NCBI GenBank assembly: GCA_051251535.1
Contig: JBPOEV010000001.1
Coordinates: 332,698-364,697, forward strand
Source: Alphaproteobacteria bacterium
Lineage (GTDB): Bacteria > Pseudomonadota > Alphaproteobacteria > Rhizobiales > GCA-2746425
Direction: 5' to 3'
DNA: 32,000 nucleotides
A program made the translations under genes and the position numbers. Below are positions 27,383 through 32,000 of the stretch, in pieces (positions within the stretch are counted from its first letter, which is position 1; each line of letters starts with the position of its first letter). The notes under the pieces are model-generated. The model had not been told where the DNA came from, made no database searches, and saw only the letters and a program-made list of their open reading frames with translations.

Positions 27383-28492
27383 ATGCTTAAAGATACCACC
27401 GATAACAGTCCTCCGACCGTGTCTGTCGCTCTGGATGAGCGATATCTGCGGATGAAGCAGGTCCAACTGCCCGGAGATCACCCGCCGGTAAAGGCAGGCA
27501 AGGTTGGTGTTCTGCTGGTAAATCTTGGCACGCCTGACGGCACTGAAAAGAAGCCGATGCGCCGCTATCTCAAAGAATTTCTGATGGATAAACGGGTAAT
27601 CGAATGGCCGCGCGCGCTGTGGTTTCCAATTCTGTTTGGCATTGTGCTGAACGTCCGCCCTAAAAAGAGCGGGGCCGCTTATGCCGAAATCTGGAATTAC
27701 GAGTTGAATGAATCTCCGCTGCGAACATTTACCCGCAGCCAGGGCGAACAATTGGCTGAAATTTTCGCCGGGCATGAAAATGTAGTGGTGGACTGGGCCA
27801 TGCGGTATGGCAAGCCGCCCATCAAGGAACGCATTGAAGCCTTGCAGGCAGCAGGTTGTGAGCGGATTCTGGTGTTCCCGCTATATCCGCAATATGCAGC
27901 TGCCACAACGGCTACAGTCAATGACAAAACCTTTGAAGCGTTGATGCAGATGCGCTGGCAACCAGCCTTGCGCACCGTGCCGCCATACCATGATGATCCA
28001 GCCTATATTGACGCACTGGCCGCCAGCATAGAGACCTGTCTGGGAAAACTTGATTTTGAACCGGAAAAGGTGATTGCGTCCTATCACGGCATTCCGCAGA
28101 GCTACTTCAAGAAGGGCGATCCCTATCATTGTCATTGCATGAAAACATCTCGGCTACTGGAAGAACGCCTTGGTTGGGGCAGCGGCCCAAACAAGGGGCG
28201 TTTGATGACCTGCTTTCAGTCGCGTTTTGGACCGGAAGAATGGCTGCAGCCCTACACGGACAAGACTGTTGAGAGGCTGGCTAAGGAGGGGGTCAAAAGC
28301 TTGGCCGTGTTCAATCCTGGCTTTGTTTCCGATTGTCTTGAAACGCTGGAAGAAATCGCCGGAGAGGCTGGCGAGATATTTGAGGAACATGGCGGCGAAC
28401 ATTTTGCACATATTCCCTGCCTGAATGACACGCCGGAAGGCATGGCCGTGATTGAAACCATGGTGCGGCGCGAACTTTCCGGTTGGATCTGA
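27383..28492 (+). CDS. hemH: Ferrochelatase
   Basis: 369 aa with GVLLVNLGTPDGT, MRRYLKEFLMDKRVIE, FPLYPQYAAATT, SYHGIP and FVSDCLETLEEI, all typical ferrochelatase segments. An alternative start lies at 27452. Confidence 0.9.
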   Translation: MLKDTTDNSPPTVSVALDERYLRMKQVQLPGDHPPVKAGKVGVLLVNLGTPDGTEKKPMRRYLKEFLMDKRVIEWPRALWFPILFGIVLNVRPKKSGAAYAEIWNYELNESPLRTFTRSQGEQLAEIFAGHENVVVDWAMRYGKPPIKERIEALQAAGCERILVFPLYPQYAAATTATVNDKTFEALMQMRWQPALRTVPPYHDDPAYIDALAASIETCLGKLDFEPEKVIASYHGIPQSYFKKGDPYHCHCMKTSRLLEERLGWGSGPNKGRLMTCFQSRFGPEEWLQPYTDKTVERLAKEGVKSLAVFNPGFVSDCLETLEEIAGEAGEIFEEHGGEHFAHIPCLNDTPEGMAVIETMVRRELSGWI

Positions 28493-28595
28493 GCGACCTC
28501 TTTGACCGGAACGCATATGGCCTGACAATGCGCGGGATTGTACATGCATCATAAAAGTCCCATATATTACTGATGGTAATAATGGTGAAAGCAGG

Positions 28596-28619
28596 CGGGT
28601 TCCGGCTGCCCGGAACCTG
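28596..28619 (+). other. GC-rich hairpin 15 nt upstream of the SPFH gene start
   Basis: GGTTCCGG-ctgc-CCGGAACC is a perfect 8-bp stem, extendable by G-T and C-G pairs. No T tract follows. Its role as leader structure or hemH terminator is unknown. Confidence 0.4.
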
Positions 28620-28634
28620 GTATGGGAAATTTTG

Positions 28635-29600
28635 ATGTTTGGTTTTGACGTATTTGTATTGAGTTTGGTTGTTCTGCTCGTCGTCGTCCTGTTTTTTACA
28701 CTGAAACAGGTGCCGCAGGGCTTTAATTATACCGTTGAACGGTTTGGTCGTTACACCCGTACCATGAAACCTGGCCTGAACATTCTTGTGCCTTTCATTG
28801 ACCGGATTGGCGCGCGGCTGAACATGATGGAACAGGTGCTGGACGTCCCGTCTCAAGAAGTTATCACCAAAGATAATGCGTCCATCACCGCCGATGGAGT
28901 AACCTTCTATCAGGTGCTTGATGCAGCACAGGCGGCCTATGAGGTTTCTGGGCTTGAGAATGCGGTTCTGAACCTGACCATGACCAATATCAGGACAGTG
29001 ATGGGGTCTATGGACCTTGATCAATTGCTGTCCAATCGTGACGAGATCAATGCCCGGTTGTTGTCGGTGGTCGATCAGGCGGTTTCGCCCTGGGGCCTGA
29101 AAATCACACGTATTGAAATCAAGGATATTAACCCACCGCGCGATCTGGTTGAGGCCATGGGCCGCCAGATGAAGGCGGAACGGGAAAAACGTGCCTCCAT
29201 TTTAGAAGCGGAGGGCATGCGCCAGTCGGCCATTCTACGTGCTGAAGGCGAAAAGCAATCCCAGATTCTGGAATCTGAAGGCCGCCGCGAAGCTGCTTTC
29301 CGGGATTCAGAAGCACGTGAGCGTGAGGCCGAAGCGGAGGCCCGAGCCACAACAGTTGTTTCCGATGCCATTGCTGCCGGTGATATTCAGGCGATCAACT
29401 ATTTTGTTGCGGGGAAATATGTCGACGCGCTACAGGCTATTGCCAGTGCGCCGAACCAGAAAGTGTTGATGCTTCCGGTGGAAGCGGCTTCCGTGATCGG
29501 ATCTATTGGCGGCGTTGCCGAAATCGCGCGCGAAGCTTTCGGTGATAGCAAAAATTCGACACGCAAAGGCGGTCCGCGCCTGCCTGACACAGGACAGTGA
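28635..29600 (+). CDS. SPFH/band 7 (stomatin/QmcA-like) membrane protein
   Basis: 321 aa from the ATG at 28635 (the track uses TTG at 28632). It has an N-terminal TM helix, an SPFH core ([31 protein letters not shown]...[11 protein letters not shown]) and an E/A/R-rich coiled coil. Confidence 0.88.
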   Translation: MFGFDVFVLSLVVLLVVVLFFTLKQVPQGFNYTVERFGRYTRTMKPGLNILVPFIDRIGARLNMMEQVLDVPSQEVITKDNASITADGVTFYQVLDAAQAAYEVSGLENAVLNLTMTNIRTVMGSMDLDQLLSNRDEINARLLSVVDQAVSPWGLKITRIEIKDINPPRDLVEAMGRQMKAEREKRASILEAEGMRQSAILRAEGEKQSQILESEGRREAAFRDSEAREREAEAEARATTVVSDAIAAGDIQAINYFVAGKYVDALQAIASAPNQKVLMLPVEAASVIGSIGGVAEIAREAFGDSKNSTRKGGPRLPDTGQ

Positions 29601-29610
29601 GACTGCGCTG

Positions 29611-30090
29611 ATGGAAAATAATGGCTCCTACCTCGTGCAACTGGCTTCCGACCTTGGGCCTTGGGCCTGGTTGATTGGCGGCATTGTTTTGCTGGCGCTG
29701 GAATTGGCCATGCCGGGCAGCTTTTTGATCTGGCTTGGTCTGGCCGCGTTGGTGGTAGGCATCGCGTCCCTTGTCGTTGATTTGTCATGGCAGGTGGCCT
29801 GGATTGGTTTTGCGGCGCTGGCACTTGTTTTTCTTTTGGTGGGGCGCAGACTGTTTTCTGCCGAGCGAACGACATCGGATCGACCCCATTTGAATGAGCG
29901 CGGTCAGGCGTTGATTGGACGACAATTTACGCTGACCGAACCGATTGTGGGTGGGGAAGGGCGCGTGCGCATTGGCGATACGCTGTGGCGTGTTAGGGGC
30001 CCCAATCTGACAGCTGGAACGCAGATTGAAGTCAGCCAGACAGACAGTGCAACATTGATTGTTGTCCCTGTTGCCGCCGGTAATTCTTAG
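29611..30090 (+). CDS. NfeD family membrane protein (SPFH partner)
   Basis: 159 aa from MENNGSYLV. It has TM helices followed by a C-terminal OB-fold-like segment (GEGRVRIGDTLWRVRGPNLTAGTQIEV). It starts 11 nt after the SPFH stop. Confidence 0.8.
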   Translation: MENNGSYLVQLASDLGPWAWLIGGIVLLALELAMPGSFLIWLGLAALVVGIASLVVDLSWQVAWIGFAALALVFLLVGRRLFSAERTTSDRPHLNERGQALIGRQFTLTEPIVGGEGRVRIGDTLWRVRGPNLTAGTQIEVSQTDSATLIVVPVAAGNS

Positions 30091-30204
30091 ACGAAGTGAC
30101 CCAACCGAAAGTTCAATAGGCTGGCGCTTGCTCGTCAACCTTTGGGCATTTACTCTGTACTGACCAAGAACCCAGCAGCCCATCAGCTCAGCAGTATTGT
30201 GCCC

Positions 30205-32000
30205 ATGTTTAAGAAAATCCTGATTGCCAATCGTGGTGAAATTGCTTGTCGCGTCGTGCGCACCGCCCAACATATGGGTATTGCGACCGTAGCGGTCTAT
30301 TCCGATGCGGACCGGAATGCACTGCATGTGCAGATGGCAGACGAAGCTGTCCATATCGGGCCACCGCCTGCCGCTGAATCCTATCTTTTGATTGATCGGA
30401 TCATAGATGCCTGTCGCCAGACCGGAGCGGAAGCTGTGCACCCCGGTTATGGGTTCCTGTCGGAAAATGCTGCCTTTGCAGAGGCGCTTGAAAAAGCCGG
30501 CATTGTCTTTATTGGCCCGAACCGCAGGGCCATTGAAGATATGGGAGACAAGATTCGCTCCAAAATTGTTGCCGCCGAGGCTGGTATTTCAACCGTGCCG
30601 GGCGCGCCGGATACGATCAGGGATGCAGAACACGCTGCGTGCATTTCCGCTGAGATCGGATTTCCGGTGATGATCAAAGCGTCTGCAGGTGGCGGCGGTA
30701 AGGGCATGCGGATTGCTTGGAACCATGATGAAGCGCTAGAGGGCTTTGAGCGGGCCCGTTCCGAGGCGGCGTCGTCTTTTGGGGATGACCGCATTTTCAT
30801 TGAAAAATTCATTGAGAACCCACGCCATATCGAAATTCAGGTGCTGGGTGACAAGCACGGCAATGTCATTCATCTGAACGAGCGTGAATGCTCAATTCAA
30901 CGCCGCAATCAGAAAGTGATTGAGGAGGCGCCGTCGCCTTTGCTGGACCCGGAGACCAGAGCAAGGATGGGCGAAGAGGCCTGTGCGCTGGCCCACGCTG
31001 TTGGCTATGACACGGCTGGAACCGTGGAATTCGTCGTTGGGCAGGATAAGAGTTTTTACTTTCTTGAAATGAATACACGGCTGCAGGTGGAGCACCCGGT
31101 GACTGAGCTGATCACGGGTGTTGATCTGGTTGAGCAGATGATCCGTGTGGCTGCAGGCGAGACATTATCGTTGCGGCAAAGCGATATCGGCATCAATGGT
31201 TGGGCTATGGAAAGCCGCATTTACGCGGAAGACCCCTATCGCAGTTTTCTACCCTCTATTGGCCGTTTGGTGCGTTTTCAGCCGCCCGCTGAGACATTCG
31301 ACGGCGTATCCACAATTCGTGTGGATACCGGCGTGGTTGAAGGCGGTGAGATTTCCATGTTTTACGATCCCATGATTGCCAAATTGTGCAGTCATGGGGC
31401 CACACGTGATCTGGCCAATCAGGCCATGGCTGCTGCGCTTGACGCATTTGTCGTTGAAGGAATTGGCCACAATATTCCGTTTCTGGCGGCCTTGATTGAT
31501 CATCCGCGCTGGCAAGCCGCGGAGCTGTCTACGGGCTTTATCGCCGAGGAATATCCAGAGGGCTTTGAAGGCGCGGATCTGTCTGAAGAGACGGCGCGCA
31601 AATTGGCTTGTGCGGCGCTGTCGTTGGAGTTGGTGCGCAAGGACCGGTTGGATCGCATGACCGGCCGCCTTCGACCCCATAGCGGCGCTGTGCCCAAAGA
31701 CTGGTCTGTTGCGCTTGGGGACTATGCGTTCCAGATAGATGTGACACGATTTGTAGCGGGCGAGACATCGTCGCTTGAACTTGTGTTTTATGACAGCTCG
31801 GAGCCTTATCAGATTACAGCCTCCTGGCGTGCCGGGGCCGCGTTGTGGCGCGGGATGGTGAATGATGAACCATTGCTGGTTCAAATTGCCAATGCGCCGG
31901 GTGGTATGGATCTCAATTGGCGCGGGATTGGTTCCACTGCACGGGTTTTGCCTGCCGCGCAGGCGCGGCTGAATGCACTGATGCCTGTCAAGGAAGCGCC
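30205..32000 (+). CDS. pccA: Propionyl-CoA carboxylase alpha subunit (biotin carboxylase component), 5' part; open at the right edge
   Basis: Frame 1 from the ATG at 30205 is open to the window end, so it is not in the ORF track. It starts MFKKILIANRGEIACRVVRTAQHMGIATVAVYSDADRNALHV and contains GYGFLSEN, MIKASAGGGGKGMR, ECSIQRRNQKVIEEAP and FLEMNTRLQVEHPVTE. The post-BC region resembles rhizobial PccA as I remember it. MccA or another acyl-CoA carboxylase is not fully excluded. Confidence 0.8.
   Translation, partial: MFKKILIANRGEIACRVVRTAQHMGIATVAVYSDADRNALHVQMADEAVHIGPPPAAESYLLIDRIIDACRQTGAEAVHPGYGFLSENAAFAEALEKAGIVFIGPNRRAIEDMGDKIRSKIVAAEAGISTVPGAPDTIRDAEHAACISAEIGFPVMIKASAGGGGKGMRIAWNHDEALEGFERARSEAASSFGDDRIFIEKFIENPRHIEIQVLGDKHGNVIHLNERECSIQRRNQKVIEEAPSPLLDPETRARMGEEACALAHAVGYDTAGTVEFVVGQDKSFYFLEMNTRLQVEHPVTELITGVDLVEQMIRVAAGETLSLRQSDIGINGWAMESRIYAEDPYRSFLPSIGRLVRFQPPAETFDGVSTIRVDTGVVEGGEISMFYDPMIAKLCSHGATRDLANQAMAAALDAFVVEGIGHNIPFLAALIDHPRWQAAELSTGFIAEEYPEGFEGADLSEETARKLACAALSLELVRKDRLDRMTGRLRPHSGAVPKDWSVALGDYAFQIDVTRFVAGETSSLELVFYDSSEPYQITASWRAGAALWRGMVNDEPLLVQIANAPGGMDLNWRGIGSTARVLPAAQARLNALMPVKEA

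Overview
The window looks like a moderately GC-rich alphaproteobacterial chromosome, judged from gene content only. Positions 1-20406 appear to be the right-hand part of a horizontally acquired island or integrative conjugative element (ICE). It starts with cargo genes: an Rrf2 regulator, a DHA2-type MFS exporter, a SAM methyltransferase, a secreted epoxide-hydrolase-like alpha/beta hydrolase and an NmrA-like protein. Next comes a complete, translationally coupled P-type (Trb) mating-pair-formation operon, trbB-C-D-E-J-K(alt)-L-F-G-I plus a DUF2274-like gene (4854-14389). A LysR/SDR/SDR/LysR cargo block follows, then a decayed tRNA-Arg-like fragment. The island ends with a ~2 kb module holding a small ORF and a large serine recombinase, whose reading frame runs into a convergent initiator tRNA-Met gene (20407-20483). 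Right of the tRNA the genes are ordinary core functions: a NarL-type response regulator with a Cache/HisKA_3 kinase, a divergent TakP-like TRAP transporter (dctPQM), a YugP-type Zn peptidase, ferrochelatase, an SPFH/NfeD pair and the 5' part of propionyl-CoA carboxylase alpha subunit. I saw no CRISPR array, rRNA, transposase or recognisable defence system. The most unusual structure is at tRNA-fMet: three att-like copies of the tRNA 3' end are arranged like tandem site-specific insertions, and the recombinase ORF crosses two of them. All family assignments come from motifs read by eye and recollection of families; no database search was run.
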